DNA of 64,000 nt, taken from positions 94,860,001 through 94,924,000 of the forward strand of contig NC_042997.1 in NCBI RefSeq assembly GCF_006345805.1, given 5' to 3'. The translations under genes and the position numbers were made by a program. Of this stretch, positions 12,059 through 26,042 are shown piece by piece. The stretch comes from Octopus sinensis. Its lineage: Eukaryota. Positions within the stretch are counted from its first letter, which is position 1, and every line of letters begins with the position of its first letter. The notes under the pieces are model-generated. The model ran no database searches and was not told the origin of the DNA. It saw only the letters and a list, made by a program, of their open reading frames with translations.

Positions 12059-12374
12059 TAGGGATTCTCTCAAATGTTTTATCTATAGACCCCTTTACTG
12101 TTTTATTTTGGTGGATCCCCATAACCATTCGATGTTTAAAAACTAGTTTTATACAAACTTCTTTCAAAATTTCTATTTTGCTTTTCACACAGAGAAAGAA
12201 ACCTAGCTGATTTTTTTGCAATACATACAAATGCATCAAAAGCAAAAAAAATTTTCAAGGACACGTAAAATACTATTGTAAATCTCCAATTTAATATTTT
12301 GTTGCATGGGACTCCTACTCCAAATCTTATAGGAACCCTCACGGGGCCATATGGACCCCTGGTGCGAACCACTG
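12059..12374. mobile_element. hAT-superfamily MITE
   Basis: Imperfect TIRs tagggattctctcaa…/…tgcgaaccactg, subterminal (g)gacccc/gggg.cc motifs, and a degenerate 8-bp TSD (aactaaag 12051-12058 / aactccag 12375-12382). Confidence 0.7.
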
Positions 12375-12863
12375 AACTCCAGATTGAAATCACTTGTCCA
12401 GTCTCTATTTTCAAACCTGCTATCCATGTGACATTTCAGTGATATGAGTCCAAAGATATACCGAAAAGAAAATGGTCTCCATTATAATAATTATTGGATA
12501 CATGAAATATAAGATCAACCAGTGTAAACAGAAACCTTAATGTAGATTGATGCCCGCCACCATTTTCAATAATAATATTAGGCGTTCAACATCCACACGA
12601 TACTCTAAGCCAATTACCTAAATATATTTAATTCTCGGATATTAGCATATGTATTTTCATTCAGCATCACATACTCTATAATATTTCATCTAATAGAAAT
12701 CAGGCCACGCAAATATTAGAACCGCATTTACATAAATCGTTGAACAAAAACTTGATATATCTTATATATATATATATATATATATATAGGAACAACATGT
12801 GCGCAGTGCGTAGATTCTTTCTTTCTATGCACGTACACGCACGCCCCCCTCCTTATGCATATA

Positions 12864-12911
<48 letters not shown>

Positions 12912-13417
12912 ATATATTATAGTTGTATTATGCATATATAGATATATATATACACATATACATAAATGTGTGTGTGGTGTAGATATATATGGATCTACAT
13001 CTATATCTAACGCAAACACAGTTACACACACACACACGCACTCACACAGGAGCACACACGCACACGATGTGAACAAAGGGACACTCAAAAACAAGTACGT
13101 AAATTCAGTCTTTCGCATTTCCAGTTCACCGCCGTGTTTCTTTCTTTCTATTCCGTATTAAGTATACATCAATATGTTTAACTGACCCTCTCAAATTCGG
13201 TGCGTATACGCAAGAGTGTACGTCTCTAGCAATCTGAAATTTTGTATTTGTTAGAAATATACCAGTTACAAACAAACACATTTCGCACACACACGCACAC
13301 GCATATACACACACGCATATACACACACACACGCACACACACACATACACACACATATATATACATATATATATATGTATATATATGTGTGTGTGTGTTC
13401 ATATATATATATATATC

Positions 13418-13460
<43 letters not shown>

Positions 13461-13641
13461 TATTTATATATATACATATACATGCATACATACATACAAT
13501 AATACGTATATATAAATATAAAAATACACATATATGCACACATACACAAGTACGTATATCTAGCTATAAAAATACACACATACACACATGTATATAAGTG
13601 TGTGTGTGTGTATATATATAGATATATATATATACTCACAC

Positions 13642-13698
<57 letters not shown>

Positions 13699-14147
13699 AC
13701 TGACATGCATCCAAAGTTTACATAGATATTTAAAAGTACGGCCTTACACGAGAAAAATGAAAATGAGCGCACAATACCCGATAGATAATTCGAACCACAT
13801 ATCAATGCCTTGTCGGACGATTGTGCTTCTTGTTATATCGAAAGGGCTATCAGCAAATTAAATTTTGCACACACACACACACACACACATACACAAATAC
13901 ACACACACACATACACAAACACATACACACACACAAACATACACTCACACACGCGCACATACATGTACATAGACACACCCATATGCGTACATCTGCCTAT
14001 ATAAATACGTACTTATATGCATATATGCATATACACGCAGTTAAATTCACAATCGCATCCACAGCTGCATGCCGGCGCTATTAAAATAGCACTTGCACTC
14101 CACACACACACAAACAAACTAACAATATACACACATATGTGTGTGTG

Positions 14148-14185
<38 letters not shown>

Positions 14186-14504
14186 TCAAACAAATACACA
14201 GTCACTCACTGAATAAGAAAATAAGTGGAGATACTATATTGGTTCTGATATGAAATAAAATTTATAAATATTTTGTAAATTATGTTATTTCCTTTATTTA
14301 TATCAATATTACGAAATTGTCATGTATAACAATAAAAGGAAACTAATGAAATAGAGAAATTAAATAGAAACATTTAGAACTAAGTATAACTGTATAGAAA
14401 TCTATGTGACATGAATAAGAGAGTGGTGTCAACAAAATAACAAATAGTGATTGGAATCGCAGTGCTGATACGTGTGTGGTAAGTGAAAGCATAATAAAAA
14501 TACT

Positions 14505-14507
<3 letters not shown>

Positions 14508-14544
<37 letters not shown>

Positions 14545-14562
14545 TAATAATAATAATAATAA
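14508..14562. repeat. (TAA)n microsatellite
   Basis: Seen directly. Confidence 0.95.
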
Positions 14563-14705
14563 GGATTGCTTAAGGAATGGTATAAGGAAGGAGAAGGAAA
14601 AGTAAAAGCATCACGTAGCCGTCCATGTTTAGCAATTAGGTTAAAAGACGCAAACATATGAATATCTACGGCTGCAGACACCAGTGGTACCTCTCTTCGG
14701 CAACA

Positions 14706-14788
14706 TCAGCAGCCGCTGCCTGATGTTACTACAAGACCGCTTCTTTTTCTATCGACTCCGTAGCTAGGCAACAAGTGTGTGCGAACAG
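14706..14788 (-). CDS. Candidate terminal coding exon (phase 1; xVRTHLLPSYGVDRKRSGLVVTSGSGC*)
   Basis: Good acceptor catttctttttcag, unique GC-richer sequence and one open frame to TGA. No homology recognised. Confidence 0.2.
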
Positions 14789-15847
14789 CTGAAAAAGAAA
14801 TGCCACATCGAAGTAGAGAACATGTTATTCGCATCAGACAGAAGAAGAAATAAGCAAAAGTTTATTGCTGGAATATTTAAAACGGAAAGCAAAAGCAAAG
14901 AGAAGAAAACAGATGTGATCTATACCAACTCAGAAGAACAGGATATAACATCGTTATTTTCATCACCATCAACACAATCGGCTTTATTATTACTAGTATT
15001 AATATATGTGTTTTTATTAACAGCACCGAGTAGAAATTGTGTACAGCGAAAGACATAATCAATGAAAAAAGAAAGGAAGACTCCAAAATAGAATAAAGAA
15101 AAGATTAAAACTAAAACAGAGAGAAGACAAGAAAACAAAAACAGACATTAAACTAACAAGGAAATATTAAGATTTTTCGTAACATTTTCATACAAATGAA
15201 TTTTAATTATTCATTCATTTATATGTACATATTGTGTAATTTCGATCAGGTTTTACATCAGATTCCGAATTAAATGATAGAATAAATATGAAATTAGCCT
15301 GGCAACGTTAATGGACAACATGGCTAAATAGATTATCTATTGGATAAATCCAGGAAAAATACCTAACAATCAAGATTTATAAATACTCACACGCGCACAC
15401 ATATTTGTCTTTCGTTCTTTCATAAGAAACACCGAGGCAATTTAATCAAAGAAACTTGACACCTGCAACTAAGTAACAAAATGTAAGTAGATGTCTGTAG
15501 ATATATATTTGTTTGTAATGTCAGTCGCAAAAATGAAGGAAAAAAAAAAGACAATCAGTAAACAGAAAAAAAATGTAAAACAGAGAAGAAAAAAGCGTGA
15601 AATATAAGTTTGTGATTATGCTAATAAATGCTTGCCACTTGCTGAAAGAAATATTATTACTTTATTTAATTCCGACTTAGAATCGCGTGCGCACAAATAT
15701 GTATGACTACACATATATTCATACGAATGTGCCTATTATATGTATCGTTACATACATACACATGTAAACATACGCATGCATGCTTGTGTATGATTGTTTC
15801 CATGTACACACATATATGAAAGTATGGATGTATATGCATATATGTAT

Positions 15848-15909
<62 letters not shown>

Positions 15910-16111
15910 ATATATATATATCAATATATATACATATATATATATATACATGTATATTTTCGATATATGGCACATAAATACATGCAACTATTTTTATATA
16001 AATTCACATATCACTGTATATGTAAACACATGCAGATGTATAAATTTATAAAATGAACACCATATATCTATTATCCAATATAGTAAATATATATATATGC
16101 ATTATATAAAT

Positions 16112-16181
<70 letters not shown>

Positions 16182-16232
16182 GTATAATATATATATAGCA
16201 CCAATATCATATATCTATATGTCTATGTATGT

Positions 16233-16266
<34 letters not shown>

Positions 16267-16548
16267 CTATCTCTATCTATCTATCTATCTATCTATCTAT
16301 ATATATGATACACATACATATGCATACATTCATGCACACACACACACACAGTTATAATGCCTATAATATATAACTTATTCATAATGTATGTAGATATATT
16401 TACATAAATATCAGGTAGGTAATATATGCATAACATGTTGCATATATATACATTATGTAGATAAGATATACTCATGTAATTATGTATATATAATATACAT
16501 TCATACACATAAACAACGCGCACACACACACACCACGCACACACACAT

Positions 16549-16581
<33 letters not shown>

Positions 16582-16595
16582 GTATATAATATATA

Positions 16596-16668
<73 letters not shown>

Positions 16669-16755
16669 GAGTGAGAGAGAGATGTGAGTATGCATGCATG
16701 TATACATACATACACACACACACATATATATATACATATATATATGATATATAAT

Positions 16756-16830
<75 letters not shown>

Positions 16831-17269
16831 TATATACACACACTTATGCACATTGACATACAGGCACACACACTCGTGCACTTGCGCACACATATTCACA
16901 CACGCATGCATATGTTCATACCCAGAAAACTTATTGCTAATTGTTGTTAAGAATTGATCTTGCTATAGCATTGTATCTGATTTGAAGAATATATTATTCA
17001 GAATAATTTTTTCTTTGCATAGGTGTTATCGTTTGTCTATAAGGTGTTAACTCTGCTACTTCTATTATTAAAATATCTTCATCGGTGACAGAAAATAAAA
17101 TACGAGTTAAATATGCAGATGATAGGAGAAGGAGAGAGTGAGATAGAGAGGGAGAAGGGATAGAGAGAGAGAATTAGATGCAGAGTGTGCGGGAGGGAGG
17201 GACGGATAATGTATAAGAGAGACGAGAAACATGATAGAGACATATCGTGGTATTTGAGAAGGAAAGTGT

Positions 17270-17293
17270 AAGAGAGATAGAGAGAGAGAGAGT

Positions 17294-17357
<64 letters not shown>
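17270..17357. repeat. (GA)n microsatellite
   Basis: Seen directly. Confidence 0.95.
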
Positions 17358-17361
<4 letters not shown>

Positions 17362-17778
17362 AGTGTTGAATGAGACGATGACTAAATTTTACAAAGAATC
17401 AGAAGTATCATAACTGAGTATTTATTCGTAACGTAAATGGCGATTCACTTATTTGGCTAATAACTAAGTCTCATGCAACAGTATCACGCACATAGATGTA
17501 CCGTCACTCACACGCGCTCCTTCCGACACTCGCGCTCTGAGAAATCCATAGACACATAGAGACACACGTAGAGACACACAGATACATTGATAAACACACA
17601 CATACACACACACAAATACACACACGCAAACACACACACCTCTCGCGCGCGAACTCGAAAGCTCCCGCACGGACGACGCTCTCACATACGCACAAATGCA
17701 AACAGACAGCCGCATAAACATATACGTACACATGCCGTACACACACACACACACACACACATACACACACACAAACAT

Positions 17779-17809
<31 letters not shown>

Positions 17810-17932
17810 CATGCATCGCCATATGCATCCATGCATACTTTCAACAGTTAACAGAACAAACAGGCGCACATGTACACATGCACATTTGCACATATATATA
17901 CCCATGGTCACGTCTATAAGCACGCACAGTTT

Positions 17933-17972
<40 letters not shown>

Positions 17973-19387
17973 AACACACGCACGTATTCGTGTATACATG
18001 TAATTAAAAAACACACACGCGTACGCTCGCGACTCAAACATTTATACACTCGGAGACACAAACGCACTTAAATATATGCACATATTTATACATATACACC
18101 TGAAAGAAAACAAGCGCTTATACATACATTCACATCAACAACGAAACAAAAACTTACAGAAATAAAATACGCAAATGCTCAAAACACACACAGATTCGCT
18201 AACACACACACGTAAACACACTTACACATACAAAGAAAGGAAAGCATGCATACGCATACATATAACAAGTTACGCTCTGGCGTATATGTTAATTCCAATT
18301 TTATACAATAAACAATAGCGGTGGTTGACAGCGCCTAAAACATCTTCTACAACTTGAGACGTGCGATTAAGTAAGCCACTATATGGTTATAGGAAACACT
18401 AGAAATAGCAGTCAAATTGCACACAAATCACGCAGTTATATGTCAAAAGAGAATTAGCTGAAAATGCGGGGTACAGAATGTATAGAATATATAAACAATA
18501 AATACAAACAATTATGAAACCCTTACTGGTTGTAATATTTTTGACCACAGGTCAGTTCGACCAGGACTGATCTGAGGTTAAAGACATGTTAGATGATATC
18601 CATTTTATGTGACGTCTCCGCCAAAATAAACAAGGGACCTATATACGATCATTGTAAGTGATGAAATAGCAGCTAAATCAATGCCAATTTATATTAAATG
18701 ACAGGGATACTAATATAATATTGTCCTAGAAATAATAAAAGTCGGCCAGATGATCACGGTTGGAAAGGCTTCGATCATGTTATTGCTCGATCACTAGTGA
18801 TCTGGGTACTACTCAGTAACAGCTATGAATTTGTGTCTAAATAACGCGTATCGTATATGTGTTACGAAATAGAGAGAATGATGATGAGATAACAATTACG
18901 AACGTCGAAATACAACGGCGAAGCCGACATCAGGCAAGTAGTAACGATGGTGATAATGAAGTCGTTGACTGCGATGGTGGATGTAATGAGGATGCATAGA
19001 TAAGTATTGCTCACGCACACACACACAAACACATATACATACACACACATGCACCTACATACATGTGTGTATACATATAGAGCTATCTGTATGTTTATTT
19101 TTCTATCTATATATACATCCATCACATGCACACATGTATGCATTTATCTAAATCTATCTAGCTATCTATCAATCTATCTTTCGTTCTTTCTTCTTTATTT
19201 TTCTTTCTTTCTTCTATCTTTCTTTCCTTTCTTTCTTTCTCTCTATTCTTTCTATTTATTTATTTCTTTGTTCCTTTGTCTCTCTCTCATACCTACGCTT
19301 ATTTATCCACAGACACATATGTTGTGAGTGTATGTATATATGAATGTATGTCTATATATATATATATCTATGAATGTATGTATGGTA

Positions 19388-19438
<51 letters not shown>

Positions 19439-20859
19439 TGTGTGTGTGAGTGTGTGTGTGTGTGCGCGTGTGTGTGTGTGTGGATATGTATATATAAAGT
19501 GGCTATTCAGCATATTTAGACATATTGAATGAGATGAGTTAAACGTTTTGGCTCTCTCTGCTCTGAGTTCAAATGCCAACGAAATCAACTTTGTATTTCA
19601 TTTGTAGTGGGTCAATAAAAAAGCACCCAGTAATACAGTAGCTTCGTCTCTTTTTCACATTCTATATTTCTATCGAATTATCAATTTTTTCTGAGAGGAA
19701 CCCGCTGCCATCCGGCATAGGGAAGAAAGGGCCCTAAGAAGTTTTTACTTGCTTAGAAAACGCCGAATGACAATGACAATGGCGTATCTACGACTCAATC
19801 AAGGAATCCTGGGCAGAAGATAAAGCATACATATACATCTAGGTGTGCAAACGAATGGAAATAGAATAAATGCAGTGGAAGTCATACAATTATCTACCAC
19901 ACCACACACACACACACACACACATATATATTATAATATATATATATATATATAATATATATATATATAATATATATATATATTATATATTATATGTTAT
20001 ATTCAATATATATATATATATACATATAGATCTATTGTATATGTATAATTGTGTATGTGTGTAGTATGTATAGTATACATATATATATGTTATTACATAC
20101 ATATAGGCATAGAGATCTATATGTATGTATAACTGTGTATGTGTGTATCATGTATATGTATGTATATATATATATACATGTTATATACATGCATATATAT
20201 ATATGTGTGTGTTATATACATATATATATATATATGCATATAAATCCATATGCATATGTATATGTATAACTGTGTATGTGTGTATTATGTATACATATAT
20301 ATATATATATATGTATGTATATATATATATAATATATATATATATATATACACACACACTCTATTATTTCTCTGTTTTTCTACAAGTTGATAAATATATA
20401 TGAATGTATAAGTAACTAACTGGCTAATGCTAACCTCCTGATTTTATTTGCTTTAATTAGAAAAAGAAAAATTTGCTACAGTTACTACCCCAATATTGCT
20501 GCTGATAAGAGTGTGTTCGATAATTTGATAATGGCGATTTCAGTTTTGCTATAATAATAAGTATTGTTATTTTACACAAGCCGAAGATGCAGATATGTAT
20601 AATGATGAAAGTATATCTTTGAGAATAGCGACGATGCGTATGGAAGGGAGGAAGATGATATATTCTATTCCCTTTTATCAATAAATTTGTCTTACGCATT
20701 AAGCGGTCGCCATGCTAGTGCACCGCCTTCAAGGGTTCAGTCTACCGCCTCGACCATAGATTTTTGTTTAAACCTGTTATTTATGGTATTGGTGGTGGGC
20801 AACAAATACAAGAACACGAACAGAAACACAAGCACACACGCACAGACGTACACATGCAC

Positions 20860-21020
20860 ACACATGAATGCGATGGGCTTCTTTCAGTTTCCGTTTTACC
20901 AAATCCACTGACGAGGTTTTCTGATCGGCCTGGGGTTTAGTGGAAGACACTTTTCCATGGTGCTACACAACGGGACTGAGCCCAGAACCATGTGGTCGGG
21001 AAGCAAGGTTCTTATCATAC
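20860..21020 (-). mobile_element. SINE family B 5' half
   Basis: gatgggcttctttcagtttccg…gaagacactttt..gggactgagcccagaaccatgtggtcgggaagcaagg. Confidence 0.8.
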
Positions 21021-21055
21021 ATCCATAAATGATAATGACCCCCATTAGGACGGGT

Positions 21056-21160
21056 ATGGCGTCGGTGTTGACTGAGGTCGCTGAGTATGTTACTCTGGGT
21101 CTTGTTACCATTCTTCTAGTTTCGTCTTACGCTGGCGTTGACAGATTACATGTATCATAA
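21056..21160 (+). CDS. Candidate small ORF or first exon (MASVLTEVAEYVTLGLVTILLVSSYAGVDRLHVS*)
   Basis: 34 codons with a hydrophobic core (VTLGLVTILLV) in unique sequence, below the ORF-track cutoff. No homology recognised. Confidence 0.2.
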   Translation: MASVLTEVAEYVTLGLVTILLVSSYAGVDRLHVS

Positions 21161-21449
21161 AAAAGCATTCAAGATGTGACCACCTCGTGTTTTTATTTTC
21201 GTTTAGAAACAGTGAAACACAAACCGCATAATCTAATGTGTCCCATTTTATGATGATTGAATGAGGGTTACAGGAAAATTGTGCTGCATATAAATGGAAG
21301 ACCACGTAGAGGATCCTTCACCTGGTTTTTGCAGAGTAGCTAAGAGACAGTATGTCATGAGATCCTTGATTAGTTTTTAAGTGATGGTGATTATGTAAAA
21401 TGGTGCTTCTGTTTACGTATGTATACAAACATATATGTATGAGTGTGAA

Positions 21450-21680
21450 GGCGGCGAGCTGGCAGAAACGTTAGCGCGCCGGTCGAAATGCTTAGCGTTA
21501 TTTTGTCTGCCGCTACGTTCTGAGTTCAAATTCCGGCGAGGTCGACTTTGCCTTTCATCCTTTCGGGGTCGTTGAATAAAGTACCAGTTTCGTACTGGGG
21601 TCGATGTAATCGACTTAATCCATTTGTCTGTTCTTGTTTGTACCTCTATGTTTAGCCCCTTGTGGGCAGTAAAGAAATAT
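21450..21680 (+). mobile_element. SINE family A, full length
   Basis: ggcggcgagctggcagaaacgttagc…gagttcaaattcc…core…gtaaagaaata. Confidence 0.9.
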
Positions 21681-22346
21681 GTGTGTATGTGTGTATGTGT
21701 TTATGTGTGTGTCTGTGCACGTGTCGTAATTCGCGCTTGAATGTCATGTTCAAGCAAACCAACAGGCCTCTGTGTATTTTCTATACTTATAAAATGCACA
21801 GATCAACTTAAATCGACGTTAAAAAAATGTACATACAAGATGCCAAGCACTGGGATCGATCCTAAGAGCTGAAGATTGTAACCAAACTTCTTAACTATTC
21901 GGTCATGCTTACACCCGTGCAGACATACACACACATACACACACCACAGTGAACTATCATGTGCTGTCAACGTGCTGTTTACTATAAGGTTTGATTGGTT
22001 TCGAAATTTTAATGCTAATCCAACGACAGCTACCTCCGATACTACCTTTGACGAACTCATGTTAGTAGCAGAGACCACTAATTATGTTTGCATGCAGCTG
22101 ATAGAAGGACACAATATTGAACACACACACGCACGCACGCACACACACACACATAGACACATATGCGTATGAGAAATTAAAAAGACAAAGGAATGAAAGA
22201 TTATGTCATGACGCTCATGACAATATTTCCAATTTCTTTGTTATTCCAATTTCGAATTTCTTACTCCTTCTCTGTACTCGACTGACGTAGTGTTCTGAAG
22301 CATATGTATACTGAGTTTTAACACCAGGTTACTAGTATCACTATGC

Positions 22347-22426
<80 letters not shown>

Positions 22427-22428
<2 letters not shown>

Positions 22429-22725
22429 CACCGTGACCGACCAGGCTATCAGATGTTGCTACACATCGCTGGTCACAATGCGCTTTGCATTGTTTTAGCC
22501 TTCAAGTGACGCCACCCCGCTGGCTAAGCGAGCAGGCCAACAGAAGAAAGAGTGAGAGAAAGTTGTGGCGAAAGAGTACAGCAGGGATCGCCCCCCCCCC
22601 CTGCCGGAGCCTCGTGGAGCTTTAGGTGTTTTCGCTCAATAAACACTCACAACGCCCGGTCTGGGAATCGAAAGCGCGATCCTACGTCCGCGTGTTCGCT
22701 GCCCTAACCACTGGGCCATTGCGCC
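22427..22725 (-). mobile_element. SINE family C, full length, tRNA-derived
   Basis: Reverse complement: ggcgcaatggcccagtggttagggcagcg (A box)…tttcgattcccag (B box)…gtttattgagcgaaaacacctaaagc…tail ggtcggtcacggtgat then (AT)n(GT)n. Confidence 0.85.
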
Positions 22726-22727
22726 TT

Positions 22728-22763
<36 letters not shown>

Positions 22764-22894
22764 ATGTATGTATTATGTATGTATACATCGATCTTTTACG
22801 TCTTTCAGTCATTAGTCAACGGTCATGCTGGGGAACAGCCTTGAAGAGAAGAATCTATGGTCGATTAAATCAACCTCAGTATACACACACATAC

Positions 22895-23050
22895 TAACTC
22901 CACTCTGCTGAGTGGTTGGTGTTAAAAAGGGATCCTGCTGTGAAAATCCAGCCAAAATGTCACATAAGTCTGGTGCAGACTCTTGCGAAACCGTTCCACT
23001 CATGCTAGCTTGGAAGGCAGACGTTAAATGATAATGATGATGATGATGAT

Positions 23051-23054
<4 letters not shown>
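22895..23054 (+). mobile_element. RTE-type LINE/SINE 3' tail fragment ending in (GAT)n
   Basis: ctctgctgagtggttgg…catgctagcttggaaggcagacgttaaatgataatgatgatgat resembles RTE-clade 3' ends (recognition). Confidence 0.55.
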
Positions 23055-23081
<27 letters not shown>

Positions 23082-23404
23082 TAAAAGACAATTAAGATTG
23101 GAGAATTACATACATTTGTTTAATAGTTAGAATGTTTATAAAGAAGACCCCTTTTGCGTGTGTGTCTGTGTGTCTGTGTATATGTATATGTGTGTGTGCG
23201 TGAGTGTGTGTGCAAGTGTAAATATATACATGAAAATGTTTGAAAGTTTCTTCAAAGATCCCTTTTGCTTGTTGTCATGAGTCTGATGAGAGCGACGAAG
23301 CTGACACTTCGAAATTACTGCCAACGTTTTCTTTGAACAAGTTGAATAATCATGTACTCTAGTAAAATCTTTCAGTTGGATGATCAATTGTTTTATATAT
23401 AACA

Positions 23405-23745
23405 ACCACATGGTTTAAGGTTCAGTACCACTGCGTGTCCCTTTGAGCAAGTGTCTTCTACTATAGCCTTGAGCCGATCAAATCCTTGTGAGTGAATTTG
23501 ATAGACGGAAACTGAAAGAAGCCCGTCGTATATATATGTTTGTGTGTCTGTGTTTGTCACGCCACAATCGCTTAACAACCGATCTTTGTGTGTTTATGTC
23601 CTCGTAACCTAGCGGTTCTGTTAAAGACCAATAGAGTAAGTATTACGCTTACATAGAATAAGTCCCGGGGTCAATTTGTTGACCTAAAGGCAGTTCTCCA
23701 GCATGGTCGTAGTCAAATGACAAACAAATAAAAGAATAAAAGAAT
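23405..23745 (+). mobile_element. SINE family B
   Basis: ccacatggttt..gttcagtaccactgcgtg..ttgagcaagtgtcttctactatagcc…cagtcaaatgac..acaaataaaagaataaaagaat. Confidence 0.85.
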
Positions 23746-23756
23746 ATGTGTACACA

Positions 23757-23938
23757 TACAGTTCTACATTTAAGAGATGAGGAATTATTTACATTACTTA
23801 CATTATTTACATTTCATGGATATTTGTCCTCATTTTGTTTGTTAAAACGTTTCGACTGATATACCCTCCAGTCTTCATGAGTTGTTTTGGGGCAATTTCG
23901 AACCTAGGTTTTCATTACAAAGGTATTTTTCTATGTTA

Positions 23939-24001
<63 letters not shown>

Positions 24002-24560
24002 TATTATTATTATTCAGGTCAAAGCCTGGAATCGAACTCGGAATTATACCCGATTTATCAATATTGATAAATCAGGTATAGCTGATCATGTATGGAAAAA
24101 TGGAGACCACCTCCCACTGTGAGATGAAGTTAAAATAATAGACAAAGAACACGACTCTAAAATGTGAAAACTGAAAGAAGCAGCACATATGCAAGGACAC
24201 AACAACCTACTAAGTAGACCGAGTGCAAATATGAATAGCATATGGGGACCGGTATTAAGGAAGGATAGGAAAATATTAGATTTATAAGCCCTTAAATTCA
24301 CTCCATAATTGGCCACCGGCATATGGCGTAGTGGTTAAGAGTGCAGGCTACTAAGCCCAAAATTCCGAGTTCGATTCCAGGTAGTGACCTGAATAATAAT
24401 AATAACAATAACAATAATAATAACATCGAAATGTAGGTTCGAAATTTTCCCATGAAAGCTGGATGGTATATTTGTCCCCATCTTGTTTCCATACATGATC
24501 AACAAACAAGATGGGGACAAATATCCGTCAAATGTAAATAATGTATATATATATAATCTG
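23757..24560 (+). mobile_element. 5'-truncated Penelope-like copy: inverted terminal repeat (23757-24044) joined to the forward 3' end (24063-~24560)
   Basis: 24063-24330 aligns with 27455-27700 (…IADHVWKNGDHLPL…). 23757-24044 is the reverse complement of the terminal repeat at ~27735-27933. Inverted partial terminal repeats are a known PLE hallmark. Confidence 0.85.
24318..24390 (+). ncRNA. tRNA-like Pol III promoter module inside the PLE terminal repeat (not a functional tRNA gene)
   Basis: ggcatatggcgtagtggttaagagtgc (A box TGGCGTAGTGG), anticodon-like hairpin and gagttcgattcc (B box). The acceptor stem is not intact. Homologues at 27688-27745 (B box deleted) and 24012-24044 (minus strand, B box only). 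Confidence 0.65.
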
Positions 24561-24878
24561 TCAAATGTAAATAATGTGTATATATATAATCCGCATTTTT
24601 TTGAGTGGGGGAGGGGTACTAGTCGGTTTCATCGACCCTAGTTTTTCATTGGTACTTAATTTATTGAACCCGAAAGTATGAAAGTCCAAGTTAGCCTCGG
24701 CGGAATTTAATCTCAGGACGCTAAGACGCTAAGCATTTTGGTTGACCTACTAACACATCTGTCAGTTCGCCTTATATATATAATACACACTCACACAAAC
24801 ACACACATCCACACACACCTGTCTTCGTCTTTTATTTTTCTATAAATTTCAACTATATATATATATCCACAGATAGGG

Positions 24879-24964
<86 letters not shown>

Positions 24965-25904
24965 GTGTGTGTATGTGTGTTTGTGTGTGTGTGTGTATGC
25001 ATGTATAGCGAGAGAGAAATGGAGAAAGATATTTTCATGAGATGGCTTAATGACAATCATTACTTTCTTAACACAAGGCCACAACTTCGGAGGAGGTTTA
25101 TTTGACTGGAACACGCATAATGCATTACATATACCTATTTTGTCGACCCTTAAAGGCTACAACGTAAAGTCGACCGCGTGGTGTATGTGAGCTTAAAACT
25201 TAAAGGCGGGCTAAATGCCGCAAGTCTTTTGTTCGGTTTGGTAACGATTTTGCGAGCTCCCCGTCTTATATCACTAATCTGTAATAATGGTTTCAAATTG
25301 TAGCACCAAGAAGAAGACCCAATGAAAGAAAAATTTGACCACGGCTGAATTTGAACTCAAAGCATGAAGACAAAAGACCTGCAGCCAAGCATTTCATCCG
25401 GTGTATTAACAGTTCCGCCATTTCGCAGCCTTATCTTTACTGGTAAAACTAAAAAATATTGTTTCTTAAGGCTCAAAGCTAGTAGCTTTTAAGGTGCAAC
25501 GAATAGTTGATTACATCAACCCGCAGTATTTGGCAGGAACATTACTTTATCGAACACAGAAGACTGAAAGACTGAGTTAAAATTGGTTGCATTTGAAATT
25601 AGTATGTAAAGTGCTGGCAGAAATATTGTATGGCTTTACGTACGACACACTAACGGTTACGCTAAACCACCACCTGATTTCCACAAGTAATATCTATTTC
25701 TAACAGGTGTAAGGCCAGACATTCTCATTTGTGATTTATGTGAATGTCGGTTTAATAAAGCTAAGTACTTGCCTGTTACTATACTTTATATTTTCTCCTT
25801 AAATCGACTTCAATAGAAAATTGAATACAGAACCTACGGGGTAAATAAATGTATATCATGTCTGTAGTACACTACAGAGCCAACGGTCCTTAATATTACA
25901 AATT

Positions 25905-26042
25905 CGTAAGGCGCTGTGCTGGCAGAATCATTAGTCTTGGGAGATGTACTTAGCGATATTTCGTCCGTTTTTTCGTTCTGAGTTAATATTCTGCCGTGAA
26001 CGGCTTTGTCTTTCATCGTTCGGGGTCAATAATATAAGTACC
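25905..26042 (+). mobile_element. SINE family A, 5' part, interrupted by the PLE (3' part resumes at 27934-~28000)
   Basis: gctggcagaatcattag…ctttcatcgttcggggtcaataatataagtacc, then aagtacc…ggtgtaatcgacttatcc…gctggcttcgtgctaaaattaga after the PLE. Confidence 0.7.

Noticed and set aside
24318-24390. Functional tRNA gene
   Set aside because: The acceptor stem does not pair and the sequence is embedded in a repeated mobile element; it is treated as a tRNA-derived module.
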